Positions 49,055 to 62,584 of a DNA stretch of 64,000 nucleotides are shown in pieces; position 1 is the stretch's first letter, and every line of letters starts with the position of its first letter. The notes under the pieces were generated by a model that searched no databases, was not told the DNA's origin, and saw only the letters and a program-made list of their open reading frames with translations. Source of the DNA: Methylococcales bacterium (lineage in GTDB: Bacteria; Pseudomonadota; Gammaproteobacteria; Methylococcales; Methylomonadaceae); contig JAQURG010000017.1 of the NCBI GenBank assembly GCA_028715725.1, positions 458-64,457 of the forward strand. Reading direction: 5' to 3'. The position numbers and the translations under genes are program-made.

Positions 49055-49375
49055 ATGTCCGATTTTGATCCGTTCAAAGATGATGATGGCTTGGTTGTAC
49101 AGAATGTCAAACCCAAGTTAAAAAGGCCGCATTTATATAAGGTTATTTTATTAAATGATGATTTTACGCCTATGGATTTTGTGATTGAAATTCTGATGGA
49201 GTTTTTTGCTATGCCTGAACAAAAAGCTACACTGGTTATGCTGCAAATACATACACAAGGGGTGGGTGTGTGTGGTACTTATTCTAAAGATGTGGCTGAA
49301 ACCAAAGTGTATATAGTTAATGAATATTCACGAGAGCATCAACATCCCTTGATGTGCTCGATGGAAGAAGTGTAG
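49055..49375 (+). CDS. clpS: ATP-dependent Clp protease adaptor ClpS
   Basis: YKVILLNDDFTPMDFV ... IHT.G. Confidence 0.93.
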   Translation: MSDFDPFKDDDGLVVQNVKPKLKRPHLYKVILLNDDFTPMDFVIEILMEFFAMPEQKATLVMLQIHTQGVGVCGTYSKDVAETKVYIVNEYSREHQHPLMCSMEEV

Positions 49376-49387
49376 ATTGGAGAGTTT

Positions 49388-51658
49388 ATGTTAAGTAAAG
49401 AGCTTGAAATAACTTTAAATGCGGCTTTTAAAAATGCGCATGATAAACGTCACGAATTTATTACGGTTGAACATTTATTGCTGGCATTGCTAGACAATAT
49501 GGCGGCAGAGGCAATAATGAAGGCATGTGCTTGTGACATTAAGGCTCTGCGCAGCCAGCTGACAAAATTTATCGATGAAACAATGTCGCTAATTCCGCAA
49601 GGCATTCAACGCGAGACTCAACCTACACTGGGATTTCAAAGAGTATTGCAACGGGCTGTTTTTCATGTGCAGGCATCTGATAAAAAGGAAGTGACTGGCG
49701 CTAATTTGCTGGTAGCTCTTTTTAGCGAGCAAGACTCCCACGCAGTTTATTTATTGAATAAGCAGGATATATCGCGTTTGGACGTGGTAAATTATTTATC
49801 GCATGGCATTTCTAAACTTGATCAGGAAAATGAGGCATCAAGTGAGCAGGCATCCGAAGCAGGTAATGCAGACTCTGAGGCAGGAAGTCCATTAGAAAAA
49901 TATGCCACTAATCTTAATGAAGAGGCTTTGAAAGGCCGAATTGACCCATTAATCGGCAGGGAGCTTGAGCTTGAACGGACCATTCAGACGCTGTGCCGCC
50001 GCCGCAAAAACAATCCCTTATTAGTCGGCGAAGCAGGCGTTGGCAAAACGGCTATTGCGGAAGGTTTGGCAAAAAGTATAGTTGAAGAAAATGTGCCTGA
50101 AATTCTGAAGAACAGCGTGATTTATTCGCTGGATTTGGGGGCGCTTGTTGCAGGCACAAAATATCGTGGAGATTTTGAAAAGCGCCTTAAGTCTCTGATG
50201 AATCAACTTAAAAAAGAACCGGATTCTATTTTATTTATTGATGAGATCCATACCATTATTGGTGCCGGTTCTGCATCTGGCGGAGTTATGGATGCCTCCA
50301 ACTTGATTAAACCTGTGCTTGCTTCCGGTCAATTGCGCTGTATTGGTTCGACTACTTATCAGGAGTATCGCGGGGTTTTCGAAAAAGATCATGCATTGGC
50401 GCGCCGATTCCAGAAAATCGATGTACTTGAGCCTTCAGTTGAAGACACGGTCCTGATTTTAAAAGGTCTTAAGTCGCGCTTTGAAGAACATCATAATGTT
50501 AGATATTCTGCCGATGCATTACGTGTGGCTGCAGAATTATCGGACCGGTATATTACTGATCGACATTTGCCTGACAAAGCCATAGATATTATTGATGAGG
50601 CGGGTGCAAAGCAACGTATGACGGCGGAAGTTGACCGCAAACAGGAAATCGATATTGCCGAAATAGAAGAAATAGTCTCAAAAATTGCCAGAGTTCCGGC
50701 GAGATCAGTTTCTTCTAATGATATAGATAAGTTAGCTAATCTGGAAAAAAATCTGAAAATGCTGGTTTTCGGCCAGGATGAGGCGATTTCAGCGTTAGCT
50801 TCGGCTATAAAACTATCGCGTGCAGGTCTTCGGGATTCTCAGAAGACTATTGGCTCATTTATATTTGCAGGACCTACCGGTGTAGGGAAAACAGAAGTAA
50901 CACGCCAGCTTGCTAAAGTACTGGGCGTTGAGCTGATTCGCTTTGATATGTCTGAATATATGGAACGGCATACTGTATCCAGATTAATAGGGGCACCGCC
51001 CGGATATGTTGGCTTTGATCAGGGCGGACTGCTTACCGAGCAGATCACCAAGCATCCGCATGCGGTTCTATTGCTTGATGAGTTGGAAAAAGCCCATCCT
51101 GATGTTTTTAACCTGTTGTTGCAGGTCATGGACCATGGATCGTTAACTGACAATAACGGGCGTAAAGCGGATTTCCGGAATATTATTTTGGTGATGACGA
51201 CCAATGCCGGGGCGGAGGAGGGCAGTCGAGCTTCTATTGGTTTTACTTATCAAGATCATGCCTCTGATAGTTTGAAGGTCATAGAGAAAGGTTTCTCTCC
51301 TGAATTCCGTAACCGTCTGGATGCGATCATCCAATTTAAACCACTGGATATTTCAATTGTCGGGCATGTTGTAGATAAATTTATCTTTGAGCTGGAGGCT
51401 TTGCTTGCCGAGAAACATGTAACGCTGACGCTGGACGCTGATGCCCGTTTATGGCTGGCTGAACATGGTTGTGACCCAAAAATGGGGGCAAGGCCAATGG
51501 CGAGATTAATTCAGGAAAAAATCAAAAAACCTCTGGCTAATGACTTGCTGTTCGGTCAGCTTGCGCGAGGCGGTCATGTCAGAATTTATATTGAAAGTGA
51601 TGATATTGCTTTTGCTATAGAGAGCAATGAATTGATTGTCTCTGAATCCAATTTTTAA
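49388..51658 (+). CDS. clpA: ATP-dependent Clp protease ATP-binding subunit ClpA
   Basis: Two AAA+ modules ([16 protein letters not shown]) and a Clp N-terminal domain. Confidence 0.96.
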   Translation: MLSKELEITLNAAFKNAHDKRHEFITVEHLLLALLDNMAAEAIMKACACDIKALRSQLTKFIDETMSLIPQGIQRETQPTLGFQRVLQRAVFHVQASDKKEVTGANLLVALFSEQDSHAVYLLNKQDISRLDVVNYLSHGISKLDQENEASSEQASEAGNADSEAGSPLEKYATNLNEEALKGRIDPLIGRELELERTIQTLCRRRKNNPLLVGEAGVGKTAIAEGLAKSIVEENVPEILKNSVIYSLDLGALVAGTKYRGDFEKRLKSLMNQLKKEPDSILFIDEIHTIIGAGSASGGVMDASNLIKPVLASGQLRCIGSTTYQEYRGVFEKDHALARRFQKIDVLEPSVEDTVLILKGLKSRFEEHHNVRYSADALRVAAELSDRYITDRHLPDKAIDIIDEAGAKQRMTAEVDRKQEIDIAEIEEIVSKIARVPARSVSSNDIDKLANLEKNLKMLVFGQDEAISALASAIKLSRAGLRDSQKTIGSFIFAGPTGVGKTEVTRQLAKVLGVELIRFDMSEYMERHTVSRLIGAPPGYVGFDQGGLLTEQITKHPHAVLLLDELEKAHPDVFNLLLQVMDHGSLTDNNGRKADFRNIILVMTTNAGAEEGSRASIGFTYQDHASDSLKVIEKGFSPEFRNRLDAIIQFKPLDISIVGHVVDKFIFELEALLAEKHVTLTLDADARLWLAEHGCDPKMGARPMARLIQEKIKKPLANDLLFGQLARGGHVRIYIESDDIAFAIESNELIVSESNF

Positions 51659-51722
51659 TTGGCCGCAAAATTCCGCAAAGATTAGTTTTAATAATTGCGC
51701 TGACCGTGTGCCTTTGATGGAG

Positions 51723-51941
51723 TTAGCGCATGCGGAAAGTAATGCGGCCTTTCGTTAAATCGTAAGGTGTCATTTCAACCTTAACGCTATCGCCAGTAAG
51801 TATGCGAATGTAATGTTTACGCATTTTTCCGGAGATGTGAGCTGTCACGATATGACCATTCTCCAGCTCAACGCGGAACATGGTATTGGGGAGGGTATCT
51901 ATAACCTTACCTTCCATTTCAATTTGATCTTCTTTAGCCAT
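51723..51941 (-). CDS. infA: Translation initiation factor IF-1
   Basis: 72 aa, [26 protein letters not shown]. Confidence 0.97.
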   Translation of the reverse strand: MAKEDQIEMEGKVIDTLPNTMFRVELENGHIVTAHISGKMRKHYIRILTGDSVKVEMTPYDLTKGRITFRMR

Positions 51942-52007
51942 TTTTTTGCCCAGGTAGTTAAAATCCGTTAATTATAACATAGGCTGGTTTTTAACAACAG
52001 AAGGAGG

Positions 52008-52709
52008 TTAAATAACCAGCCCTTTCCATTGATTATCGATCAATAACTGTAGCGGTTGATAGAGACTTTTATAGCTCATTTTTTTACATGCCTTTATCCA
52101 GAATCCGAGGTATAAGAATTCCAGTTTTTGCAGCTTTGCTTGCTCAATTTGCCACAAAATGGCATAAGAGCCGAGGCTTGCATTAGCAAATTTTGGTTCA
52201 AAAAAAGTATAAACCGCTGATAGCGCATTTTCAAACTGGTCAATAACGGCTACACCTGCAAGCTCATTATTTATTGAGAACTCGACAAATTTTGTGTCGC
52301 ACCATGAACTGCTTAAAAAATTAATGTAGTCATTGGGGCTGGAATGCGCCATTGAGCCATCGCTGTGTCTGATTGTCTGGTAACGAAGATACATATCGTA
52401 ATGGGCTTGTTCAAAAACAGCGGGTTTAACAACGGCTCGTGTATTGATATTTTTATTGATGCAGCGCTTTTGGCTCCTGTTTGGTTTAAAGGTATTCACC
52501 GCTATTCTTGCCGGAATACACGCAGAGCAGTTAGGGCAATGGGGAGCATACACATCATTACCGCTACGACGAAAACCTTGCGTTATCAGTTGGGCATAAA
52601 TTTTTGTTGTTAATGGACAGGAAGGGTATACGATAGCGAATCGGCATCGTTTGTTCTCAAGATAACTGCATGGATGTTCCTGATCCAGAAATAGCGGAAT
52701 AGAGATCAT
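52008..52709 (-). CDS. bpt: Arginyl-tRNA--protein transferase (bacterial Bpt/ATE-like)
   Basis: CSYL ... FRRSG ... Y.P.C..C..C. The likely start is MISIPLF, with a 4-nt overlap with aat. Confidence 0.87.
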   Translation of the reverse strand: MISIPLFLDQEHPCSYLENKRCRFAIVYPSCPLTTKIYAQLITQGFRRSGNDVYAPHCPNCSACIPARIAVNTFKPNRSQKRCINKNINTRAVVKPAVFEQAHYDMYLRYQTIRHSDGSMAHSSPNDYINFLSSSWCDTKFVEFSINNELAGVAVIDQFENALSAVYTFFEPKFANASLGSYAILWQIEQAKLQKLEFLYLGFWIKACKKMSYKSLYQPLQLLIDNQWKGLVI

Positions 52710-53401
52710 TGTGAGCGCCAGGCTGATCTGCTGGCAGAGGCAATACAAAATTGATCAAGTAGTTGAATAAAATAACTGCGACTAATTTCTTCGGCTCCAA
52801 AGCTTGCCAGGTGATCTGTATGTACCTGACAGTCTATCAGTTGGTAGTCCCAGGCTTTAAGCTGTTCTACTAAACGAACAAAAGCCACTTTGGAAGCATC
52901 TGTCCGGGTATGGAACATGGATTCGCCGAAAAAAACACGGCCTAATGCAACGCCGTATAGCCCGCCAACCAGATTACCATCCAGCCATGTTTCTACAGAA
53001 TGCGCGATTCCCAATCGATGTAATTCATTATAAGCCTGACTGATCTCGGTCGTTATCCATGTTCCAGGGCCTTCTTTTCGGTATCCTGCGCAGGCTGTAA
53101 TAATATCATTAAATGCCTGGTCAAAGGTTACTGAGAAATTATTTTTACGGAGAATTTTACGCAAGCTCCGGGAAACGATCAGTTTATTCGGGAACAATAC
53201 CAGTCTGGGATTTGGCGACCACCATAAGATGGGTTCGCCGGTATTATACCAGGGGAAAATCCCGTGCCGATAGGCTTTTATTAAACGCTTTACGGATAGA
53301 CAGCCGCCTATTGCAAGCAAGCCGTCAGGCTCTTTCAGCGCCTTGGCGACCAAAGGAAAGTCTTGCTCCGGATTTTTGGGGTCGAGTACTACGAGCGGCA
53401 T
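52706..53401 (-). CDS. aat: Leucyl/phenylalanyl-tRNA--protein transferase
   Basis: GIFPWY ... WWSP.PR ... GESMF. The likely start is MPLVVLD. Confidence 0.9.
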   Translation of the reverse strand: MPLVVLDPKNPEQDFPLVAKALKEPDGLLAIGGCLSVKRLIKAYRHGIFPWYNTGEPILWWSPNPRLVLFPNKLIVSRSLRKILRKNNFSVTFDQAFNDIITACAGYRKEGPGTWITTEISQAYNELHRLGIAHSVETWLDGNLVGGLYGVALGRVFFGESMFHTRTDASKVAFVRLVEQLKAWDYQLIDCQVHTDHLASFGAEEISRSYFIQLLDQFCIASASRSAWRSQ

Positions 53402-53459
53402 GAAGAACTCAAAACAAGGTAAAAGTTGTGTTTTCATTCCCTCTCATGTTTGCGTCTGA

Positions 53460-54509
<1,050 letters not shown>

Positions 54510-54610
54510 TTAAAAACAAGGCGGTTTTTTGTGATTATTATTAATGTAGAATATATGATAGTTGATCTATAATCCTGTTTTATCGATATTTATATATCAG
54601 GTCATTATTT

Positions 54611-56911
54611 ATGTCTGCTGTAATGGAAGAAAAAACATTTCGTGGTTTGCGCGAAATCGCTGTTCTGGTTTTTTTTGCGCTTGCATTGTTTCTGTTAATT
54701 TCCTTGCTCACGTTTAGCAGCGATGATGCGGGCTGGACTCATAGTGGAGCAGTGCAAACAATCACTAATGCCTGTGGTGTTTCCGGAGCCTGGCTGGCTG
54801 ATTTTACGCTCAGTTTTTTTGGTTTAAGCGCCTATTTATTTCCAATTATTATCTGTTGGTATGGCTATCAACTATACGGTCAGGCTAACCGGGGGCAGCA
54901 AAAACTGACGATTGCCTTGCAGTGGCTAGGCTACATAGCAACCATAGTCTCTATCGCTGCATTATCATTTCTTCATTTACACAGAGTCAATGTGATAAAA
55001 CTACCTGGCACCACAGGCGGTATTCTAGGACAGGAAACGGGTAATGCTCTGGTTATTTTATTCGGCAATTCAGGGGCCACCTTATTTTTACTGGTGCTTT
55101 TGCTGGCCAGCATAACCCTGGCTACCGGCCTGTCCTGGATGACCTTCATTGATTTGATCGGTAAATTCACGGTATTTGCATGCTCCAGTATTTCCCGCGC
55201 CCTTAATAACTTATGGCTGGGACATTCCAACAATACCGCTCAATTAACTGACCAATTAGCAAATAAATCTTCTGGAAAGCCTGCAACCAGAAAAAAGTTC
55301 AATTCAAAAGCTGTTCCCAGTATCGAAAAACCGCTGGTTAATGCTGAACAACCGCCCATCAGGCAAAACCTGAAACGTCAGACCTCTGTCTCTTATAATA
55401 CCGGCGAAGATATTTTACCTCCCTTGGCATTACTGGACGAAAGAGATACTCAGGTTATCGGTTACTCACAGAGCGACCTGGAGGAAATGTCACGATTAGT
55501 GGAAGATATTCTTGCTGATTTTAACGTGGCTGTCGCTGTTGTCGGATTCCACCCGGGGCCTGTTATTACCCGTTTTGAATTGCAGCCTGCGGCGGGCGTT
55601 AAAGTCAGTCGCATTAGCACTCTGTCTAAAGATTTGGCCAGAGCATTGTCGGTTACCAGTGTTCGCATCGTTGAAATAATTCCGGGTAAATCCGTTGTGG
55701 GCCTTGAAATACCCAATCGTGAACGCGAAATGGTCACCTTGCGTGAATTATTGGTATCTCCTGCGTTTGAAAAGGCAAAGTCCTTGCTGACTCTGGCAAT
55801 GGGAAAGGATATTTCAGGCACTCCATTGGTGGCTGATCTCGGCAAAATGCCTCATGCGCTGGTTGCCGGAACTACGGGTTCAGGAAAATCGGTCGCTATA
55901 AATACCATGATTCTCAGCTTGCTCTATAAGGCTACGCCCGAGCAGGTTCGGTTAATCATGATAGACCCTAAAATGCTGGAGCTATCCGTTTATGAAGGCA
56001 TTCCGCATTTATTAACACCGGTCGTTACCGATATGAAGGAAGCCAGCAACGCTTTGCGCTGGGCAGTTGCAGAAATGGAAAGACGCTACAAATTAATGTC
56101 CAAGATGGGGGTCAGGAATATTGCCGGTTTTAATCATTTGATTGATGACGCGGCCGCGAGAGGCGAAAGCATTAGAGATCCCATTTTCCAGCTGGTGAAC
56201 CCGCTGGAAGAAGGTGAAGATTTCCCTGTCCTGGATAAATTACCCAGCATTGTCATTGTTATCGACGAGTTAGCCGACATGATGATGATTGTCGGGAAAA
56301 AGGTTGAGGAATTGATTGCCCGTCTAGCGCAAAAAGCCAGAGCCGCAGGCATTCATTTAATTTTGGCGACGCAACGGCCGTCGGTTGATGTCTTGACCGG
56401 ATTGATTAAAGCCAATGTACCTACCCGGATTTCTTTTCAGGTCTCATCACGCATCGATTCGCGCACCATTCTTGATCAAGGCGGCGCTGAAACCTTGCTG
56501 GGTAACGGCGACATGCTGTTTTTGCCTTCCGGCACCAGTATTCCAATCCGCGCTCATGGCGCGTTCGTAGATGATCATGAAGTCCATCGCGTGGTTGAAT
56601 TTTTAAAACAGACTGCGCCGCCCAATTATCTGGACGATATTACCCGTGAAGCGTCCGATTACAGTGACGGCTATAGCGAGGGCTTTGGCGGTGGCGGTAA
56701 TTCTGAAGCAGATGCTTTATATGATGAGGCCGTGCAATTTGTCACAGAATCACGTAAAGCCTCTATTTCGAGTGTACAGCGGCGTTTTAAGGTCGGTTAT
56801 AACCGTGCCGCTACAATGATTGAAGATATGGAGGCGGCGGGTATCGTCAGCGCGGCGGAATCCAACGGCAGCCGAGTTGTTCTGGCGCCGCCTCCAATCA
56901 AGGACTTATAA
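54611..56911 (+). CDS. ftsK: DNA translocase FtsK
   Basis: N-terminal TM domain, motor domain GTTGSGKS, and a gamma winged-helix ([17 protein letters not shown]). Confidence 0.95.
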   Translation: MSAVMEEKTFRGLREIAVLVFFALALFLLISLLTFSSDDAGWTHSGAVQTITNACGVSGAWLADFTLSFFGLSAYLFPIIICWYGYQLYGQANRGQQKLTIALQWLGYIATIVSIAALSFLHLHRVNVIKLPGTTGGILGQETGNALVILFGNSGATLFLLVLLLASITLATGLSWMTFIDLIGKFTVFACSSISRALNNLWLGHSNNTAQLTDQLANKSSGKPATRKKFNSKAVPSIEKPLVNAEQPPIRQNLKRQTSVSYNTGEDILPPLALLDERDTQVIGYSQSDLEEMSRLVEDILADFNVAVAVVGFHPGPVITRFELQPAAGVKVSRISTLSKDLARALSVTSVRIVEIIPGKSVVGLEIPNREREMVTLRELLVSPAFEKAKSLLTLAMGKDISGTPLVADLGKMPHALVAGTTGSGKSVAINTMILSLLYKATPEQVRLIMIDPKMLELSVYEGIPHLLTPVVTDMKEASNALRWAVAEMERRYKLMSKMGVRNIAGFNHLIDDAAARGESIRDPIFQLVNPLEEGEDFPVLDKLPSIVIVIDELADMMMIVGKKVEELIARLAQKARAAGIHLILATQRPSVDVLTGLIKANVPTRISFQVSSRIDSRTILDQGGAETLLGNGDMLFLPSGTSIPIRAHGAFVDDHEVHRVVEFLKQTAPPNYLDDITREASDYSDGYSEGFGGGGNSEADALYDEAVQFVTESRKASISSVQRRFKVGYNRAATMIEDMEAAGIVSAAESNGSRVVLAPPPIKDL

Positions 56912-56915
56912 GAAA

Positions 56916-58859
56916 TTAATGCTGTTTTTCCGTGAGCTCATATTCTGACGGCAATAGTGCTGAGGGTAATGCTACATCTGCCAGATTGCCCTTGGTTTCC
57001 AGCCACGTTTTGCGGTCTTGCGACCTTTTTTTAGCCAGTAGCATATCAAGTTGCCCGCCGGTATCATCATTTTCAAATACCGTTAACTGAACCAGGCGGC
57101 GGGTGTCGGGGTTCATTGTGGTTTCCCGCAACTGGCTGGGATTCATTTCCCCCAAACCTTTAAAGCGCTGTACATTAATTTGTCCTTTAAGTTTTTCAGC
57201 TTTAATCCGGTCCAGAACCCCTTGCCGCTCGGCTTCATCCAGGGCATAAAATACGCGTTTGCCAACATCAATCCGATATAAGGGCGGCATGGCTACAAAC
57301 ACATGACCTTCCCTGACCAGTGCATTGAAATGTTGGTAAAACAGTGCGCAGATCAAGGTGGCAATATGGTTGCCGTCAGAGTCTGCATCCGCCAGAATGC
57401 ACACTTTACCGTAACGGAGGTTTTGCAAATCATGAGAGCCGGGTTCTATACCCAGCGCGACAGCAATATCATGGACTTCCTGAGAAGCCATCACCTGACC
57501 GGATTCTACCTCCCAGGTGTTAAGAATTTTGCCGCGTAAGGGCATAATTGCCTGAAAATCACGCTCGCGGGCTTGTTTGGCCGAACCGCCGGCTGAATCG
57601 CCTTCCACCAGAAACAATTCCGTTCGGGCTATATCCTGTGCCGAACAATCGGCTAATTTGCCAGGCAATGCCGGGCCTGCAGTGATTTTTTTGCGGATGA
57701 TTTTTTTATTGGACCGCAGCCTTTTTTGCGCGCTCGAAATAATAATTTCGGCGACTTTTTCGCCTTCAGCAGGGTTCTGATTTAGCCATAAACTGAAGCT
57801 GTCCTTGGCAACGCCTGACACAAAAGCCACGCATTCGCGTGAGCTCAGGCGCTCTTTGGTCTGGCCCGAAAACTGCGGATCTTCCAGTTTAACCGACAGC
57901 ACAAAATGACAGTTTTCCCAGACATCTTCAGGCGCAACTTTAACTCCGCGCGGCAGGATATTCCTGATATCGCAAAACTCGCGCATGGCTTCGGTCAGGC
58001 CGGCCCGCAAGCCATTGACATGGGTTCCGCCTTGCGCGGTAGGTACCAGGTTAACGTAACTTTCGTTGAGAACTTCAGGCGGATTTTCAAGCGCCCAGAC
58101 AATGCCCCATTCAACGGCTTCATGATTTGCGGCCATATTGCCCATAAAAGGCTGTGAAGGACAGAATTCAATGTCCCCTATCCGATCGAGCAAATATTCC
58201 TTTAAGCCATCCTGATAACACCATAGATACTCCTCATCCGTTTGATCGATTTTCAGCGTTATCTTTAAACCCGGACATAAAACAGCTTTTGCGCGCAAAA
58301 TGTGTTTCAGTTTTAAAACAGAAACTTTATTGGAGTCAAAGTATTTTTCATTCGGCCAGAATCTTATCGATGTTCCGGTATTATTACGGCCGACTGTGCC
58401 TGTCACCAATAGATCGGTCTTTTTTTCGCCGTCGGCAAATTCCATGTGATAACACTGTCCGTTGCGTTTAACATCCACTTCCAGCCTGGCTGATAAAGCG
58501 TTAACAACCGAAACCCCCACGCCATGCAAACCGCCGGAAAATTGATAGTTCTTGTTGGAAAACTTTCCGCCCGCATGCAGCTTTGTCAGGATCACTTCCA
58601 CTCCGGGAATGCCCTGCTCCGGGTGAATATCAACCGGCATTCCCCGGCCGTCATCACTGACCAGCACCGAGCCGTCTTTAAACAAAATTACATCAATAGC
58701 CTTGGCAAAGCCTGCCATGGCCTCATCGACACTGTTATCAACAACTTCCTGCACCAGGTGATTGGGACGGGTAGTGTCCGTATACATGCCCGGGCGTTTT
58801 CGAACCGGTTCCAGGCCGCTTAAAACTTCTATTGCGGCCGCGTTATATTCATTACTCAT
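56916..58859 (-). CDS. parE: DNA topoisomerase IV subunit B
   Basis: GHKL ATPase and Toprim (EGDSAGG) domains. The ~647-aa length without the GyrB insertion favours ParE. Confidence 0.9.
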   Translation of the reverse strand: MSNEYNAAAIEVLSGLEPVRKRPGMYTDTTRPNHLVQEVVDNSVDEAMAGFAKAIDVILFKDGSVLVSDDGRGMPVDIHPEQGIPGVEVILTKLHAGGKFSNKNYQFSGGLHGVGVSVVNALSARLEVDVKRNGQCYHMEFADGEKKTDLLVTGTVGRNNTGTSIRFWPNEKYFDSNKVSVLKLKHILRAKAVLCPGLKITLKIDQTDEEYLWCYQDGLKEYLLDRIGDIEFCPSQPFMGNMAANHEAVEWGIVWALENPPEVLNESYVNLVPTAQGGTHVNGLRAGLTEAMREFCDIRNILPRGVKVAPEDVWENCHFVLSVKLEDPQFSGQTKERLSSRECVAFVSGVAKDSFSLWLNQNPAEGEKVAEIIISSAQKRLRSNKKIIRKKITAGPALPGKLADCSAQDIARTELFLVEGDSAGGSAKQARERDFQAIMPLRGKILNTWEVESGQVMASQEVHDIAVALGIEPGSHDLQNLRYGKVCILADADSDGNHIATLICALFYQHFNALVREGHVFVAMPPLYRIDVGKRVFYALDEAERQGVLDRIKAEKLKGQINVQRFKGLGEMNPSQLRETTMNPDTRRLVQLTVFENDDTGGQLDMLLAKKRSQDRKTWLETKGNLADVALPSALLPSEYELTEKQH

Positions 58860-59220
58860 TCTGTCTTAAATACTCACAATCCAATTTGAACTATAAACTT
58901 CGGTTTATTTCTACATGCTATCATCAAAATATTGCCAATAGGTCAATCCCTCCGCTGACTGGCAGCGTTATCACTTAAATTTCAGTTTTTATCAGTTTGC
59001 CGGTCTGTTTAAGATAGAGGTAACATTTAATTACACTCAACGTATAAGAAAATTTCTGATAAATCTTATATAATTTAAACCTCAGTCCAGATGGCAATTG
59101 AATGCTGGCATTTAAAGTTGCCGCCACCATAAATATGTCCCTCAGTTATTTGAAGGTCCGGGGTATGTCTCAGCCTTTATCAGGCTAAAGGATATTGAAC
59201 AGTAAAGAAAAATCACAACC

Positions 59221-59556
59221 ATGAAAGACAGCCCAATCTCTTCCGACTTTTTTTCCTCAGACTTTTTGATGGGTAATATAGGCGCTCCTTTTATTATGGG
59301 TTTAGCGGTCGGTTATTTTGCAAAAAAGATGCTGCTGATGGCGCTTTTTCTGGGCGGTGCGGCGATTGTGCTGCTGTTTGTCGGCGAATATTACGGTATC
59401 ACTAAGATAAGCGATATAAACCTGCAACAGGCCGCCAGCACCGCAACTGACATGGCAAAACAAGCCAGCGATTTTTTAGTGGAACGCTTGTCGAGGATAA
59501 CCAGCAAGAGTGTCAGCGCAGCAGGCGGATTTTTTGTTGGATTCAGGCTGGGCTAG
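59221..59556 (+). CDS. Small membrane protein, FUN14-like
   Basis: Two to three hydrophobic helices with Gly-rich faces. The family name is from memory. Confidence 0.5.
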   Translation: MKDSPISSDFFSSDFLMGNIGAPFIMGLAVGYFAKKMLLMALFLGGAAIVLLFVGEYYGITKISDINLQQAASTATDMAKQASDFLVERLSRITSKSVSAAGGFFVGFRLG

Positions 59557-59869
59557 GCCCTTTGAGGCTTGAACGCCTCCGGCTTTAGAGTAAATCAAGT
59601 TTCAGCCTGTTGATTACTGCCTGCTTCTTCTGTCGCCAACACCTCCTAACACAAAGTTAAGCTGATCCTGGCTGAATCTGACCCCTATCGTCATTGGCAG
59701 CAGAGTGAGGTCATCCGTACCTTATTTAAAATAGAGCAATTACTCACTTCTCCATTATGCTCGACGGATATTCAGCTCTGCTGCGACAACAAACTTTAAC
59801 AACGACTAAGACTTGGGCTTAATCTCTGCGGAAAGCATCCTGAAAACTGGAACTTTTCCATAAGAAGCC

Positions 59870-61495
59870 TCAGTAAATAATCTTTTGCTCTTTCAATGCA
59901 CTGTAAATATCGTCAATGGATTGTTCGTCAGCGTCAAAATTAATATCTGCCAATTCAACACAGTAATCAACGCATAAGCAAATCAAACCGGCATTTTTGA
60001 TAGCCTGTATCAGTGATGCGTTTTGAGTTTCAAGAACAGTCGTTGCATGGCCGTTATCGAACAGTTTTCTCTCCAGTTTATAGGCGACTTCTTTACCGGC
60101 TGTACCCTTTAAGGCAATAGCAGTAGCTTTCTGGCTGTAGCGCGCAGCGCGCTCTTCGGGCGTGACTTGCTGCCGGTTTTCATCATCGGTTGCGCCGATT
60201 ATCATGCCGGCGCCAACAGTGCCGTTAGTCAATCGGTCAATAATAATAAAAGCGCCCGTCCCTCTATTAATTTTGTATGGATCGAAAACGACCGGCGCAT
60301 TGACTGTAACCGTGCAGGAGCCAATTTCATTCAACTGCAATTCACTGGCGTCATGGTGTTCCAGAGTATTGACATCGATTCTATGATGAATCATTGCAAT
60401 GGAGCAGGATACGTTGCGTGTCGCCAGTTTAATCGTGTATTGGCGGCCCGGTGTCAAGGCATTTTCAGTCATCCAGACAATAGTGGCTTTAAATTTGTCC
60501 GCGACTATTGCCGGCAGTTTTTCAGCACCGGTGAGTATATCGCCACGGCTGATATCGATCTCGTCTTCCAGCGTCAGGGTGACGGCCATCGGTGGAAAGG
60601 CTTCTTCAAGTTCACCGTCATAAGTTATGATGCTCTTGATTTTGCTGCTTTTACCTGAAGGCAAGGCGGTAACTTGATCGCCTTTATGAAAAATGCCGGA
60701 AGCGACTGTTCCGCAAAAGCCGCGAAAATCCAGATTAGGCCGATTGACATACTGAACAGGAAAACGGGCGTCGTTAAAATTATGGTCATTGGCGATTTCG
60801 ACGCTATTAAGCGCTTCCATCAGGGGTAAACCGGTAAACCATGGCATATTTTCGCTTTTATTCACCACATTATCCCCGTCCAATGCCGACATCGGGATAA
60901 ACCGGATATCGTGCAAATCCAGCGTGCCGGTAAAGTTCAGATAATCCTGTTTGATTTTGTTGAAGACGGCTTCACTGTAATTAACCAGATCCATTTTATT
61001 GACCGCGACAATAATGTGCCGAATGCCCAGCAAGGAAGCAATAAAGCTGTGGCGCTTGGTTTGGGTCTGCACGCCGTAACGGGCATCGATCAATATGATA
61101 GCCAAGTCACAGGTTGAAGCTCCTGTCGCCATATTGCGGGTGTACTGCTCATGCCCCGGAGTATCGGCAATAATGAATTTGCGTGTGGATGTAGAAAAAT
61201 AGCGATAGGCTACATCAATCGTAATGCCCTGTTCGCGTTCCGCCTGTAAGCCGTCAACCAGTAATGCCAAGTCAATTTTGCCGGCGCCGGTCGTGCCCGA
61301 TTTGATGCTGTCAGCCTGAACCGCAGCCAGCTGATCTTCATAGATCATTTTGGAGTCGTGCAGCAAACGGCCGATCAGCGTGCTTTTGCCGTCATCGACA
61401 TTGCCACAGGTTAAAAAACGTAATAATTCCTTGCGCTCATGTTGCGCCAGATAGGCATTGATATCGGTACTGATTAAGTCGGATTGGTGGGACAT
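59870..61495 (-). CDS. cysN: Sulfate adenylyltransferase subunit 1 (CysN) with a ~99-aa degenerate APS-kinase-like tail
   Basis: GTPase motifs [18 protein letters not shown]. The tail reads [28 protein letters not shown]..., with no intact P-loop. Confidence 0.9.
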   Translation of the reverse strand: MSHQSDLISTDINAYLAQHERKELLRFLTCGNVDDGKSTLIGRLLHDSKMIYEDQLAAVQADSIKSGTTGAGKIDLALLVDGLQAEREQGITIDVAYRYFSTSTRKFIIADTPGHEQYTRNMATGASTCDLAIILIDARYGVQTQTKRHSFIASLLGIRHIIVAVNKMDLVNYSEAVFNKIKQDYLNFTGTLDLHDIRFIPMSALDGDNVVNKSENMPWFTGLPLMEALNSVEIANDHNFNDARFPVQYVNRPNLDFRGFCGTVASGIFHKGDQVTALPSGKSSKIKSIITYDGELEEAFPPMAVTLTLEDEIDISRGDILTGAEKLPAIVADKFKATIVWMTENALTPGRQYTIKLATRNVSCSIAMIHHRIDVNTLEHHDASELQLNEIGSCTVTVNAPVVFDPYKINRGTGAFIIIDRLTNGTVGAGMIIGATDDENRQQVTPEERAARYSQKATAIALKGTAGKEVAYKLERKLFDNGHATTVLETQNASLIQAIKNAGLICLCVDYCVELADINFDADEQSIDDIYSALKEQKIIY

Positions 61496-61539
61496 TTTTT
61501 TCTCTGAATTCCTGTTATAAGTTGCAGTGAGCGGCGTTG

Positions 61540-62448
61540 TTAGAAGTAGCCTTCGCGCTTTTTCTGCTCCATTGAACCTGCCTGGTCATGATCGATAAGG
61601 CGGCCCTGGCGTTCAGAGGTTGTCGTTAATAACATTTCCTGAATAATTTCCGGCAGTGTGGTTGCGGTTGATTCAACTGCGCCGGTTAACGGATAACAGC
61701 CCAAGGTGCGGAAACGCACCATTTTCATTTCAACTTTTTCATCAGGATCGATCGGCATCCGCCCGTCGTCAACCATGATTAGCATGCCGTCGCGGTTAAC
61801 GACAGGACGTTCTTTGGCAAAATACAAGGGCACAATCGGGATATTTTCGAGATGGATGTATTGCCAGATATCCAGCTCAGTCCAGTTAGACAGTGGGAAT
61901 ACGCGGATACTTTCGCCCTTGTCGATTTTACCGTTGTAAATATTCCATAATTCGGGGCGCTGGTTTTTCGGGTCCCAACGATGATTTTTATCGCGGAATG
62001 AATAAACCCGCTCCTTGGCGCGGGATTTTTCTTCGTCGCGTCTTGCACCGCCAAAAGCAGCATCAAACTGATATTTATTGAGCGCTTGCTTGAGAGCGTC
62101 CGTTTTCATGACTTCGGTGTGTTTTTTACTGCCGTGAGTAAAAGGCCCAATATTCTGATCAACGCCATCCTGATTGATATAGACCAGTAAATCAAGCCCC
62201 AGCTTTTTTATTAACTGATCACGAAATTCAATCATTTCTTTGAATTTCCAGGTTGTATCGATATGCATCATGGGAAAAGGCGGCTTGCCCGGATAGAATG
62301 CCTTCATCGTCAGATGGAGCATGACGGCAGAATCCTTACCGATAGAATACAGCATGACAGGGCGCTCAAATTCAGCCGCAACTTCACGAATAATATAAAT
62401 ACTTTCAGCTTCCAGCTCTTTAAGATGGGTTAGTTTATGATCTGTCAT
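61540..62448 (-). CDS. cysD: Sulfate adenylyltransferase subunit 2
   Basis: 302 aa, a PAPS-reductase-fold CysD signature ([21 protein letters not shown]). Confidence 0.96.
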   Translation of the reverse strand: MTDHKLTHLKELEAESIYIIREVAAEFERPVMLYSIGKDSAVMLHLTMKAFYPGKPPFPMMHIDTTWKFKEMIEFRDQLIKKLGLDLLVYINQDGVDQNIGPFTHGSKKHTEVMKTDALKQALNKYQFDAAFGGARRDEEKSRAKERVYSFRDKNHRWDPKNQRPELWNIYNGKIDKGESIRVFPLSNWTELDIWQYIHLENIPIVPLYFAKERPVVNRDGMLIMVDDGRMPIDPDEKVEMKMVRFRTLGCYPLTGAVESTATTLPEIIQEMLLTTTSERQGRLIDHDQAGSMEQKKREGYF

Positions 62449-62584
62449 TAAAAATCCGTTGAGGTTACGATATCACGATAGGATACGTTCAATAATATTA
62501 AACCTTTCATTTTAATTTGAACCGGCTGTTAATACCAGCCATCATTATATAAATTATCGGGATGCTAACTTAAATAAGGCATGC

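Noticed and set aside
49055-53401. The N-degron pathway cluster (clpS-clpA, infA, bpt, aat), considered as a possible novel system.
   Set aside because: This is a well-known conserved arrangement in Gammaproteobacteria (aat-infA-clpA-clpS, with bpt adjacent in Pseudomonas and Vibrio). I see nothing unusual in it.
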